Below, one piece after another: positions 42,201 through 56,900 of a DNA stretch of 64,000 nucleotides. The stretch lies in contig OZ024740.1 in the NCBI GenBank assembly GCA_964016885.1, positions 28,086,001 to 28,150,000 on the forward strand, read 5' to 3'. Source of the DNA: Eledone cirrhosa (Eukaryota). The notes beneath the pieces were generated by a model. That model made no database searches. It saw only the letters and a list, made by a program, of their open reading frames with translations, and was not told where the DNA came from. The stretch's first letter is position 1. Every line of letters starts with the position of its first letter. Position numbers and translations under genes: made by a program.

Positions 42201-45200
42201 CCTGATTTTATGTGATTTTACTGAGTATATGTGATCTTCCTGAGTATATGTGATTTTCCTGAGTATATGCGAATTTCCTGAGTATATGTGATTTTGCTGA
42301 GTATATGTGATTTCCTTGAGTATATGTGATTTCCCTGACTATATGTGATTTTCCTGAGTATATGTGATTTCCCTGAGTATATGTGATCTTCCTGAGTATA
42401 TGTGATTTTCCTGAGTATATGCGATTTTCCTGAGTATATGTGATTTTCCTGACTATATGTGATCTTCCTGAGTATATGTGATTTTCCTGAGTATATGTGA
42501 TTTTCCTGACTATTTGTGATTTTCCGGAGTATATGTGATTTTCCTGAGTATATGTGATTTTCCTGAGTATATGTGATTTCCCTGAGTATATGTGATTTTC
42601 CTGACTATTTGTGATTTTCCTGACTGTATATGATTTTCCTGAGTATATGTGATTTTACTGACTATATGTGATTTTCCTGAGTATATGTGATTTCCCTGAC
42701 TATATGTGATTTTCCTGAGTATATGTGATTTTCCTGAGTATATGTGATTTTTCTGAGTATATGTGATCTTCCTGAGTATATGTGATTTCCCTGACTATAT
42801 GTGATTTTCCTGATTATATGTGATCTTCCTGAGTATATCTGATTTTCCTGAGTATATGTGATTTCCCTGAGTATATGTGATTTTCCTGAGTACATGTGAT
42901 TTTCATGACTATATGTGATTTTCCTGAGTATATGTGATTTTCATGACTATGTGATTTTCCTGACAATATGTGATTTTCCTGAGTATATGTGATTTTCCTG
43001 AGTATATGTGATTTCCTGAGTGTATGTGATTTTCCTGAGTATATGTGATTTTCCTGACTATATGTGGTTTTCATGAGTTTATGTGATCTTCCTGAGTATA
43101 TGTGATTTTCCTGAGTATTTGAGATCTTCCTGAGTTTATATGATTTCCCTGAATATATGTGATTTTCCTGAGTATATGTGATTTTCCTGAGTATATATGA
43201 TTTTCCTGACTATATGTGATTTCCCTGAGTATATGTGATTTGTCTGAGTATATGTGATTTCACTAGGTATATGTGATTTTCCTGAGTATATGTGATTTTC
43301 CTGACTATATGTGATTTTCCTGACTATATGTGATTTTCCTGAGTATATGTGATTTTCCTGAGTATAAGTGATTTCCCTGAGTATATGTGATTTTCCTGAT
43401 TATATGTGATTTCCCTGAGTATACGTGATTTTACTGGCTATATGTGATTTTCCTGAGTATATGTGATTTTCCTGCGTATATGTGATTTTCCTGAGTATAT
43501 GTGATTTTCCTGATTATATGTGATTTCCCTGAGTATATGTGATTTTCCTGAGTAAATGTGATATTCCTGAGTATAGGCGATTTTCCTGAGTATATGTGAT
43601 TTTCCTGAGTATATGTGATCTTCCTGAGTATATGTGATTTTCCTGAGTATATGCGATTTTCCTGAGTATATGTGATTTTCCTGAGTATATGTGATTTTCC
43701 TGACAATATGTGATTTTCATGAGTATGTGTGATTTTCCTGACTATATGTGATTTTCCTGAGTATATGTGATTTTCCTGAGTATATGTGATTTCCCTGAAT
43801 ATATGTGATTTTCCTGAGTATATGTGATTTCCCTGAATATATGTGATTTTCCTGAGTATATGTGATTTTCCTTTGTATATATGATTTTCCTGAGTATATG
43901 TGATTTTCCTGAGTATATGTGATTTCCCTGAGTATATGTGATTTTCCTGAGTATATGTGATTTTCCTGAGTATATGTGATTTCCCTGACTATATGTGATT
44001 TCCCTGACGATATGTGATTTTCCTAACTATATGTGATTTTCCTGACTATATGAGATTTTCCTGAGTATATGTGATTTTCCTGACTATATGTAATTTTCCT
44101 GAGTATATGTGATTTCCCTGACTATATGTGATTTTCCTGAATATATGTGATTTTCTTGACAAAATGTGATTTTCCTTAGTATATGTGATTTTCCTGAGTA
44201 TATGTGATCTTCCTGAGTATATGTGATTTCCCTGAGTATATGTGATTTTCCTGAGTATATGTGATTTTCCTGAGTATTTGTGATTTTCCTGAGTCTATGT
44301 GATTTTCCTGACTATATGTGATTTCCCTGAATATATGTGATTTTCCAGAGTATATGCGATTTTCCTGAGTATATGTGATTTCCTTGAGTATATGTGATTT
44401 CCCTGACTATATGTGATTTCCCTGAGTATATGTGATTTTCCTGAGTATATGTTATTTTCATGAGTATTTGATTTTCCTGAGTTTAAGTGATTTTCCTGAC
44501 TATTTGTGATTTTTCGGAGTATATGTGATTTTCCTGAGTATATGTGATTTTCCTGAGTATATGTGATTTCCCTGAGTATATGTGATTTTCCTGACTATTT
44601 GTGATTTTCCTGAGTATATGTGATTTCCCTGACTATATGTGATTTTCCTGAGTATATGTGATTTTCCTGAGTGTATGTGATTTTCCTGAGTATATGTGAT
44701 TTTCCTGACTATATGTGGTTTTCATGAGTTTATGTGATCTTCCTGAGTATATGTGATTTTCCTGAGTATTTGAGATCTTCCTGAGTTTATATGATTTCCC
44801 TGAATATATGTGATTTTCCTGAGTATATGTGATTTTCCTGAGTATATATGATTTTCCTGACTATATGTGATTTCCCTGAGTATATGTGATTTGTCTGAGT
44901 ATATGTGATTTCACTAGGTATATGTGATTTTCCTGAGTATATGTGATTTTCCTGACTATATGTGATTTTCCTGACTATATGTGATTTTCCTGAGTATATG
45001 TGATTTTCCTGAGTATAAGTGATTTCCCTGAGTATATGTGATTTTCCTGACTATTTGTAATTTTCCTGACTGTATGTGATTTTCTTGACTATATGTGATT
45101 TTCCTGAGTATATGTGATTTCCCTGACTATATGTGATTTCCCGGAGTATATGTGATTTTCCTGTGTATATGTGATCTTCCTGAGTATATGCGATTTTCCT

Positions 45201-48200
45201 GAGTATATGTGATTTTCCTGACTATATGTGATTCTCCTGAGTATATGTGATCTTCCTGAGTATATGTGATTTTACTGAGTATATGCGATTTCCCTGAGTA
45301 TATGTGATTTTCCTGAGTATATGTGATTTTCATGACTATATGTGATTTTCCTGAATATATGTGATTTTCCTGACTATATGTGATTTTCCTGACAATATGA
45401 GATTTTCCTGAGTATGTGTGATTTCCCTGAGTATATGTGATTTTCATGAGAATATGTGATATTCCTGAGTATATGTGATTTTCCTGATTTTATGTGATTT
45501 TCCTGAGTATATGTGATCTTCCTGAGTATATGTGATTTTCCTGAGTATATGCGAATTTCCTGAGTATATGTGATTTTGCTGAGTATATGTGATTTCCTTG
45601 AGTATATGTGATTTCCCTGACTATATGTGATTTTCCTGAGTATATGTGATTTCCCTGAGTATATGTGATCTTCCTGAGTATATGTGATTTTCCTGAGTAT
45701 ATGCGATTTTCCTGAGTATATGTGATTTTCCTGACTATATGTGATCTTCCTGAGTATATGTGATTTTCCTGAGTATATGTGATTTTCCTGACTATTTGTG
45801 ATTTTCCGAAGTATATGTGATTTTCCTGAGTATATGTGATTTTCCTGAGTATATGTGATTTCCCTGAGTATATGTGATTTTCCTGACTATTTGTGATTTT
45901 CCTGACTGTATATGATTTTCCTGAGTATATGTGATTTTCCTGACTATATGTGATTTTCCTGAGTATATGTGATTTCCCTGACTATATGTGATTTTCCTGA
46001 GTATATGTGATTTTCCTGAGTATATGTGATTTTTCTGAGTATATGTGATCTTCCTGAGTATATGTGATTTCCCTGACTATATGTGATTTTCCTGATTATA
46101 TGTGATCTTCCTGAGTATATCTGATTTTCCTGAGTATATGTGATTTCCCTGAGTATATGTGATTTTCCTGAGTACATGTGATTTTCATGACTATATGTGA
46201 TTTTCCTGAGTATATGTGATTTTCATGACTATGTGATTTTCCTGACAATATGTGATTTTCCTGAGTATATGTGATTTTCCTGAGTATATGTGATTTCCTG
46301 AGTGTATGTGATTTTCCTGAGTATATGTGATTTTCCTGACTATATGTGGTTTTCATGAGTTTATGTGATCTTCCTGAGTATATGTGATTTTCCTGAGTAT
46401 ATGAGATCTTCCTGAGTTTATATGACTTCCCTGAATATATGTGATTTTCCTGAGTATATGTGATTTTCCTGAGTATATATGATTTTCCTGACTATATGTG
46501 ATTTCCCTGAGTATATGTGATTTGTCTGAGTATATGTGATTTCACTAGGTATACGTGATTTTCCTGAGTATATGTGATTTTCCTGACTATATGTGATTTT
46601 CCTGACTATATGTGATTTTCCTGAGTATATGTGATTTTCCTGAGTATAAGTGATTTCCCTGAGTATATGTGATTTTCCTGACTATTTGTAATTTTCCTGA
46701 CTGTATGTGATTTTCTTGACTATATGTGATTTTCCTGAGTATATGTGATTTTCCTGAGTATATGTGATCTTCCTGAGTATATGTGATTTCCCTGAGTATA
46801 TGTGATTTTCATGACTATATGTGATTTTCCTGAGTATATGTGATTTTCCTGACAATATGTGATTTTACTGACTATTTGTGATTTTCCTGACTGTATGTGA
46901 TTTTCTTGACTATATGTGATTTTCCTGAGTATATGTGATTTTCCTGAGTATATGTGATTTTCCTGAGTATATGCGATTTTCCTGAGTATATGTGATTTTC
47001 CTGACTATATGAGATCTTCCTGAGTTTATATGATTTCCCTGAATATATGTGATTTTCCTGAGTATATGTGATTTTCCTGAGTATATATGATTTTCCAGAC
47101 TATATGTGATTTCCCTGAGTATATGTGATTTGTCTGAGTATATGTGATTTCACTAGGTATATGTGATTTTCCTGAGTATATGTGATTTTCCTGACTATAT
47201 GTGATTTTCCTAACTATATGTGATTTTCTTGAGTATATGTGATTTTCCTGAGTATAAGTGATTTCCCTGAGTATATGTGATTTTCCTGACTATTTGTAAT
47301 TTTCCTGACTGTATGTGATTTTCTTGACTATATGTGATTTTCCTGACTATATGTGATTTCCCTGACTATATGTGATTTCCCGGAGTATATGTGATTTTCC
47401 TGAGTATATGTGATCTTCCTGAGTATATGTGATTTTCCTGAGTATATGTGATTTTCCTGACTATATGTGATTTTCCTGAGTATATGTGATCTTCCTGAGT
47501 ATATGTGATTTTACTGAGTATATGCGATTTCCCTGAGTATATGTGATTTTCCTGAGTATATGTGATTTTCATGACTATATGTGATTTTCCTGAATATATG
47601 TGATTTTCCTGACTATATGTGATTTTCCTGACAATATGAGATTTTCCTGAGTATGTGTGATTTCCCTGAGTATATGTGATTTTCATGAGAATATGTGATA
47701 TTCCTGAGTATATGTGATTTTCCTGATTTTATGTGATTTTACTGAGTATATGTGATCTTCCTGAGTATATGTGATTTTCCTGAGTATATGCGAATTTCCT
47801 GAGTATATGTGATTTTGCTGAGTATATGTGATTTCCTTGAGTATATGTGATTTCCCTGACTATATGTGATTTTCCTGAGTATATGTGATTTCCCTGAGTA
47901 TATGTGATCTTCCTGAGTATATGTGATTTTCCTGAGTATATGCGATTTTCCTGAGTATATGTGATTTTCCTGACTATATGTGATCTTCCTGAGTATATGT
48001 GATTTTCCTGAGTATATGTGATTTTCCTGACTATTTGTGATTTTCCGGAGTATATGTGATTTTCCTGAGTATATGTGATTTTCCTGAGTATATGTGATTT
48101 CCCTGAGTATATGTGATTTTCCTGACTATTTGTGATTTTCCTGACTGTATATGATTTTCCTGAGTATATGTGATTTTACTGACTATATGTGATTTTCCTG

Positions 48201-50900
48201 AGTATATGTGATTTCCCTGACTATATGTGATTTTCCTGAGTATATGTGATTTTCCTGAGTATATGTGATTTTTCTGAGTATATGTGATCTTCCTGAGTAT
48301 ATGTGATTTCCCTGACTATATGTGATTTTCCTGATTATATGTGATCTTCCTGAGTATATCTGATTTTCCTGAGTATATGTGATTTCCCTGAGTATATGTG
48401 ATTTTCCTGAGTACATGTGATTTTCATGACTATATGTGATTTTCCTGAGTATATGTGATTTTCATGACTATGTGATTTTCCTGACAATATGTGATTTTCC
48501 TGAGTATATGTGATTTTCCTGAGTATATGTGATTTCCTGAGTGTATGTGATTTTCCTGAGTATATGTGATTTTCCTGACTATATGTGGTTTTCATGAGTT
48601 TATGTGATCTTCCTGAGTATATGTGATTTTCCTGAGTATTTGAGATCTTCCTGAGTTTATATGATTTCCCTGAATATATGTGATTTTCCTGAGTATATGT
48701 GATTTTCCTGAGTATATATGATTTTCCTGACTATATGTGATTTCCCTGAGTATATGTGATTTGTCTGAGTATATGTGATTTCACTAGGTATATGTGATTT
48801 TCCTGAGTATATGTGATTTTCCTGACTATATGTGATTTTCCTGACTATATGTGATTTTCCTGAGTATATGTGATTTTCCTGAGTATAAGTGATTTCCCTG
48901 AGTATATGTGATTTTCCTGACTATTTGTAATTTTCCTGACTGTATGTGATTTTCTTGACTATATGTGATTTTCCTGAGTATATGTGATTTCCCTGACTAT
49001 ATGTGATTTCCCGGAGTATATGTGATTTTCCTGTGTATATGTGATCTTCCTGAGTATATGCGATTTTCCTGAGTATATGTGATTTTCCTGACTATATGTG
49101 ATTTTCCTGAGTATATGTGATCTTCCTGAGTATATGTGATTTTACTGAGTATATGCGATTTCCCTGAGTATATGTGATTTTCCTGAGTATATGTGATTTT
49201 CATGACTATATGTGATTTTCCTGAATATATGTGATTTTCCTGACTATATGTGATTTTCCTGACAATATGAGATTTTCCTGAGTATGTGTGATTTCCCTGA
49301 GTATATGTGATTTTCATGAGAATATGTGATATTCCTGAGTATATGTGATTTTCCTGATTTTATGTGATTTTCCTGAGTATATGTGATCTTCCTGAGTATA
49401 TGTGATTTTCCTGAGTATATGCGAATTTCCTGAGTATATGTGATTTTGCTGAGTATATGTGATTTCCTTGAGTATATGTGATTTCCCTGACTATATGTGA
49501 TTTTCCTGAGTATATGTGATTTCCCTGAGTATATGTGATCTTCCTGAGTATATGTGATTTTCCTGAGTATATGCGATTTTCCTGAGTATATGTGATTTTC
49601 CTGACTATATGTGATCTTCCTGAGTATATGTGATTTTCCTGAGTATATGTGATTTTCCTGACTATTTGTGATTTTCCGGAGTATATGTGATTTTCCTGAG
49701 TATATGTGATTTTCCTGAGTATATGTGATTTCCCTGAGTATATGTGATTTTCCTGACTATTTGTGATTTTCCTGACTGTATATGATTTTCCTGAGTATAT
49801 GTGATTTTCCTGACTATATGTGATTTTCCTGAGTATATGTGATTTCCCTGACTATATGTGATTTTCCTGAGTATATGTGATTTTCCTGAGTATATGTGAT
49901 TTTTCTGAGTATATGTGATCTTCCTGAGTATATGTGATTTCCCTGACTATATGTGATTTTCCTGATTATATGTGATCTTCCTGAGTATATCTGATTTTCC
50001 TGAGTATATGTGATTTCCCTGAGTATATGTGATTTTCCTGAGTACATGTGATTTTCATGACTATATGTGATTTTCCTGAGTATATGTGATTTTCATGACT
50101 ATGTGATTTTCCTGACAATATGTGATTTTCCTGAGTATATGTGATTTTCCTGAGTATATGTGATTTCCTGAGTGTATGTGATTTTCCTGAGTATATGTGA
50201 TTTTCCTGACTATATGTGGTTTTCATGAGTTTATGTGATCTTCCTGAGTATATGTGATTTTCCTGAGTATATGAGATCTTCCTGAGTTTATATGACTTCC
50301 CTGAATATATGTGATTTTCCTGAGTATATGTGATTTTCCTGAGTATATATGATTTTCCTGACTATATGTGATTTCCCTGAGTATATGTGATTTGTCTGAG
50401 TATATGTGATTTCACTAGGTATACGTGATTTTCCTGAGTATATGTGATTTTCCTGACTATATGTGATTTTCCTGACTATATGTGATTTTCCTGAGTATAT
50501 GTGATTTTCCTGAGTATAAGTGATTTCCCTGAGTATATGTGATTTTCCTGACTATTTGTAATTTTCCTGACTGTATGTGATTTTCTTGACTATATGTGAT
50601 TTTCCTGAGTATATGTGATTTCCCTGACTATATGTGATTTCCCGGAGTATATGTGATTTTCCTGTGTATATGTGATCTTCCTGAGTATATGCGATTTTCC
50701 TGAGTATATGTGATTTTCCTGACTATATGTGATTTTCCTGAGTATATGTGATCTCCCTGAGTATATGTGATTTTCCTGAGTATATGCGATTTCCCTGAGT
50801 ATATGTGATTTTCCTGAGTATATGTGATTTTCATGACTATATGTGATTTTCCTGAGTATATGTGATTTTCCTGACAATATGTGATTTTACTGACTATTTG
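36200..50900. repeat. Second domain-B stretch (1631/760-bp units) with two embedded ~1.1-kb C-type segments (~40690-41810, ~43400-44520)
   Basis: The landmark GATTTGTCTGAG occurs at 36503, 38134, 38894 and 40525 (spacings 1631, 760, 1631). ORFs 48183/49814 are +1631. C markers appear at about 41160 and 43870. Confidence 0.8.
39130..44560. repeat. Near-perfect tandem duplication with a 2712-bp period (143 monomers; B+C chimeric unit)
   Basis: ORF pairs 39950/42662, 40102/42814, 40719/43431 and 40802/43514 are all +2712. 143x19-5=2712 matches the three short monomers in the unit. Confidence 0.88.
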
Positions 50901-53900
50901 TGATTTTCCTGACTGTATGTGATTTTCTTGACTATATGTGATTTTCCTGAGTATATGTGATTTTCCTGAGTATATGTGATTTTCCTGACTATATGTGATT
51001 TTCCTGAGTATATAAAATTTTACTGAGTATATGTGATTTTCCTGAGTATATGTGATTTTCCTGACTATATGTGATTTTCTTGAGTATATAAAATTTCCCT
51101 GAGTATATGTGATTTTCGTGAGCATATATGATTTTCCTGACTATATGTGATTTCCCGCAGTATATGTGATTTTCCTGAGTATATGTGATTTTCCTGAGTA
51201 TATGTGATTTTCCTGAGTATATGTGATTTTCCTGAGTATATGTGATTTTCCTGACTATATGTGATTTCCCGCAGTATATGTGATTCTCCTGAGTATATGT
51301 GATATTCCTGAGTATATGTGATTTTCCTGAGTATATGTGATTTCCCTGAGTATATGTGATTTTCCTGAGTATATGTGATTTTCCTGACTATATGTGATTT
51401 TCCTGAGTATATGTGATTTTCCTGAATGTATGTGATTTTTCTGACAATATGTGATTTTCATGAGTATGTGTGATACCCCTGAGTATATGTGATTTTCATG
51501 AGTATATGTGATATTCCTGAGTATATGTGATTTTCCTGACTATATGTGATTTTCCTGAGTATATGTGATCGTCCTGAGTATATGTGATTTTCCTGAGTAT
51601 ATGCGATTTTCCTGAGTATATGTGATTTTTCTGAGTATATGTGATTTTCCTGAGTATATGTGATTTTCCTGACAATATGTGATTTTCATGAGTATGTGTG
51701 ATTTTCCTGACTATATGTGATTTTCCTGAGTATATGTGATTTTCCTGAGTATATGTGATTTCCCTGAATATATGTGATTTTCCTGAGTATATGTGATTTC
51801 CCTGAATATATGTGATTTTCCTGAGTATATGTGATTTTCCTTTGTATATATGATTTTCCTGAGTATATGTGATTTTCCTGAGTATATGTGATTTCCCTGA
51901 GTATATGTGATTTTGCTGAGTATATGTGATTTTCCTGAGTATATGTGATTTTCCTGACTATATGTGATTTCCCTGACGATATGTGATTTTCCTAACTATA
52001 TGTGATTTTCCTGACTATATGAGATTTTCCTGAGTATATGTGATTTTCCTGACTATATGTAATTTTCCTGAGTATATGTGATTTCCCTGACTATATGTGA
52101 TTTTCCTGAATATATGTGATTTTCTTGACAAAATGTGATTTTCCTTAGTATATGTGATTTTCCTGAGTATATGTGATTTCCCTGAGTATACGTGATTTTA
52201 CTGGCTATATGTGATTTTCCTGAGTATATGTGATTTTCCTGCGTATATGTGATTTTCCTGAGTATATGTGATTTTCCTGATTATATGTGATTTCCCTGAG
52301 TATATGTGATTTTCCTGAGTATATGTGATATTCCTGAGTATAGGCGATTTTCCTGAGTATATGTGATTTTTCTGACTATATGTGATCTTCCTGAGTATAT
52401 GTGATTTCCCTGAGTATATGTGATTTTCCTGAGTATATGTGATTTTCCTGAGTATATGTGATTTTCCTGAGTCTATGTGATTTTCCTGACTATATGTGAT
52501 TTCCCTGAATATATGTGATTTTCCAGAGTATATGCGATTTTCCTGAGTATATGTGATTTCCTTGAGTATATGTGATTTCCCTGACTATATGTGATTTCCC
52601 TGAGTATATGTGATTTTCCTGAGTATATGTTATTTTCATGAGTATTTGATTTTCCTGAGTTTAAGTGATTTTCCTGACTATTTGTGATTTTCCTGACTAT
52701 ATGTGATTTTCCTGAGTATATGCGACTTTCCTGAGTATATTACATTTTCCTGACTATATGTGATCTTCCTGAGTATATGTGATTTCCCTGAGTATATGTG
52801 ATTTTCCTGACTATTTGTGATTTTCCTGAGTATATGTGATTTTCCTGACTATATGTGATTTTCCTGAGTATATGTGATCTTTCTGAGTATATGTGATTTT
52901 CCTGAGTATAGGCGATTTTCCTGAGTATATTTGATTTTGCTGACTATATGTGTTCTTCCTGAGTATGTGTGATTTCCAGGAATATATGTGATTTTCCTGA
53001 GTGTATGTGATTTTCCTGAGTATATGTGATTTTCCTGAATATATGTGATTTTCCTGAGTATATGTTATTTCCCTGAATATATGTGATTTTCCTGAGTATA
53101 TGTGATTTTCCTGTGTATATATGATTTTCCTGAGTATATGTGATTTTCCTGAGTATATGTGATTTCCCTGAGAATATGAGATTTTCATGAGTATATGTGA
53201 TTTCACTAGGTATATGTGAATTTCCTGACTATATTTGATTTTTCTGACTATATGTGATTTCATTGGGTATTTGTGATTTTCCTGACTATATGTGATTTTC
53301 CTGAGTATATGTGATCTTCCTGAGTATATGTGATTTTCCTGAGTATATGTGATTTTCCTGACTATATGTGATTTTCCTGAGTATATGTGATTTTCCTGAG
53401 TATATGTGATTTCCCTGAGTATATGTGATTTTCCTGACTATTGTGATTTTCCTGACTATGTGATTTTCCTGACTATATGTGATTTTCCTGAGTATATGTG
53501 ATTTTCCTGACTATATGTGATTTTCCTGAGTATATGTAATTTCCCTGAGTATATGTGATTTCCCTGACTATATGTGATTTCCCTGAGTATATGTGATTTT
53601 GCTGAGTATATGTGATTTTCCTGAGTATATGTGATTTCCCTGAGTATATGTGATTTTACTGGATATATGTGATTTTCCTGAGTATATGTGATTTTCATGA
53701 GTATGTGTGATTTTCCTGACTATATGTGATTTTCCTGAGTATATGTGATTTTCCTGAGTATATGTGATTTCCCTGAATATATGTGATTTTCCTGAGTATA
53801 TGTGATTTCCCTGAATATATGTGATTTTCCTGAGTATATGTGATTTTCCTTTGTATATATGATTTTCCTGAGTATATGTGATTTTCCTGAGTATATGTGA

Positions 53901-56900
53901 TTTCCCTGAGTATATGTGATTTTCCTGAGTATATGTGATTTTCCTGAGTATATGTGATTTCCCTGACTATATGTGATTTCCCTGACGATATGTGATTTTC
54001 CTAACTATATGTGATTTTCCTGACTATATGAGATTTTCCTGAGTATATGTGATTTTCCTGACTATATGTAATTTTCTGAGTATATGTGATTTCCCTGACT
54101 ATATGTGATTTTCCTGAATATATGTGATTTTCTTGACAAAATGTGATTTTCCTTAGTATATGTGATTTCCTGAGTGTATGTGATTTCCCTGAGTATACGT
54201 GATTTTACTGGCTATATGTGATTTTCCTGAGTATATGTGATTTTCCTGCGTATATGTGATTTTCCTGAGTATATGTGATTTCCTGATTATATGTGATTTC
54301 CTGAGTATATGTGATTTTCCTGAGTAAATGTGATATTCCTGAGTATAGGCGATTTTCCTGAGTATATGTGATTTTCCTGAGTATATGTGATCTTCCTGAG
54401 TATATGTGATTTTCCTGAGTATATGCGATTTTCCTGAGTATATGTGATTTTCCTGAGTATATGTGATTTTCCTGACAATATGTGATTTTCATGAGTATGT
54501 GTGATTTTCCTGACTATATGTGATTTTCCTGAGTATATGTGATTTTCCTGAGTATATGTGATTTCCCTGAATATATGTGATTTTCCTGAGTATATGTGAT
54601 TTCCCTGAATATATGTGATTTTCCTGAGTATATGTGATTTTCCTTTGTATATATGATTTTCCTGAGTATATGTGATTTCCCTGAGTATATGTGATTTTCC
54701 TGAGTATATGTGATTTTCCTGAGTATATGTGATTTCCCTGACTATATGTGATTTCCCTGACGATATGTGATTTTCCTAACTATATGTGATTTTCCTGACT
54801 ATATGAGATTTTCCTGAGTATATGTGATTTTCCTGACTATATGTAATTTTCCTGAGTATATGTGATTTCCCCTGACTATATGTGATTTTCCTGAATATAT
54901 GTGATTTTCTTGACAAAATGTGATTTTCCTTAGTATATGTGATTTTCCTGAGTATGTTGATCTTCCTGAGTATATGTGATTTCCCTGAGTATATGTGATT
55001 TTCCTGAGTATATGTGATTTTCCTGAGTATTTGTGATTTTCCTGAGTCTATGTGATTTTCCTGACTATATGTGATTTCCCTGAATATATGTGATTTTCCA
55101 GAGTATATGCGATTTTCCTGAGTATATGTGATTTCCTTGAGTATATGTGATTTCCCTGACTATATGTGATTTCCCTGAGTATATGTGATTTTCCTGAGTA
55201 TATGTTATTTTCATGAGTATTTGATTTTCCTGAGTTTAAGTGATTTTCCTGACTATTTGTGATTTTCCGGAGTATATGTGATTTTCCTGAGTATATGTGA
55301 TTTTCCTGAGTATATGTGATTTCCCTGAGTATATGTGATTTTCCTGACTATTTGTGATTTTCCTGAGTATATGTGATTTCCCTGACTATATGTGATTTTC
55401 CTGAGTATATGTGATTTTCCTGAGTATATGTGATTTTTCTGAGTATATGTGATCTTCCTGAGTATATGTGATTTCCCTGACTATATGTGATTTTCCTGAT
55501 TATATGTGATCTTCCTGAGTATATCTGATTTTCCTGAGTATATGTGATTTCCCTGAGTATATGTGATTTTCCTGAGTACATGTGATTTTCATGACTATAT
55601 GTGATTTTCCTGAGTATATGTGATTTTCATGACTATGTGATTTTCCTGACAATATGTGATTTTCCTGAGTATATGTGATTTTCCTGAGTATATGTGATTT
55701 CCTGAGTGTATGTGATTTTCCTGAGTATATGTGATTTTCCTGACTATATGTGGTTTTCATGAGTTTATGTGATCTTCCTGAGTATATGTGATTTTCCTGA
55801 GTATATGAGATCTTCCTGAGTTTATATGATTTCCCTGAATATATGTGATTTTCCTGAGTATATGTGATTTTCCTGAGTATATATGATTTTCCTGACTATA
55901 TGTGATTTCCCTGAGTATATGTGATTTGTCTGAGTATATGTGATTTCACTAGGTATATGTGATTTTCCTGAGTATATGTGATTTTCCTGACTATATGTGA
56001 TTTTCCTGACTATATGTGATTTTCCTGAGTATATGTGATTTTCCTGAGTATAAGTGATTTCCCTGAGTATATGTGATTTTCCTGACTATTTGTAATTTTC
56101 CTGACTGTATGTGATTTTCTTGACTATATGTGATTTTCCTGAGTATATGTGATTTCCCTGACTATATGTGATTTCCCGGAGTATATGTGATTTTCCTGTG
56201 TATATGTGATCTTCCTGAGTATATGCGATTTTCCTGAGTATATGTGATTTTCCTGACTATATGTGATTTTCCTGAGTATATGTGATCTCCCTGAGTATAT
56301 GTGATTTTCCTGAGTATATGCGATTTCCCTGAGTATATGTGATTTTCCTGAGTATATGTGATTTTCATGACTATATGTGATTTTCCTGAGTATATGTGAT
56401 TTTCCTGACAATATGTGATTTTACTGACTATTTGTGATTTTCCTGACTGTATGTGATTTTCTTGACTATATGTGATTTTCATGAGTATATGTGATTTTCC
56501 TGAGTATATGTGATTTTCCTGACTATATGTGATTTTCCTGAGTATATAAAATTTTACTGAGTATATGTGATTTTCCTGAGTATATGTGATTTTCCTGACT
56601 ATATGTGATTTTCTTGAGTATATAAAATTTCCCTGAGTATATGTGATTTTCGTGAGCATATATGATTTTCCTGACTATATGTGATTTCCCGCAGTATATG
56701 TGATTTTCCTGAGTATATGTGATTTTCCTGAGTATATGTGATTTTCCTGAGTATATGTGATTTTCCTGAGTCTATATGTGATTTTCCTGACTATATGTGA
56801 TTTCCCGCAGTATATGTGATTCTCCTGAGTATATGTGATATTCCTGAGTATATGTGATTTTCCTGAGTATATGTGATTTCCCTGAGTATATGTGATTTTC

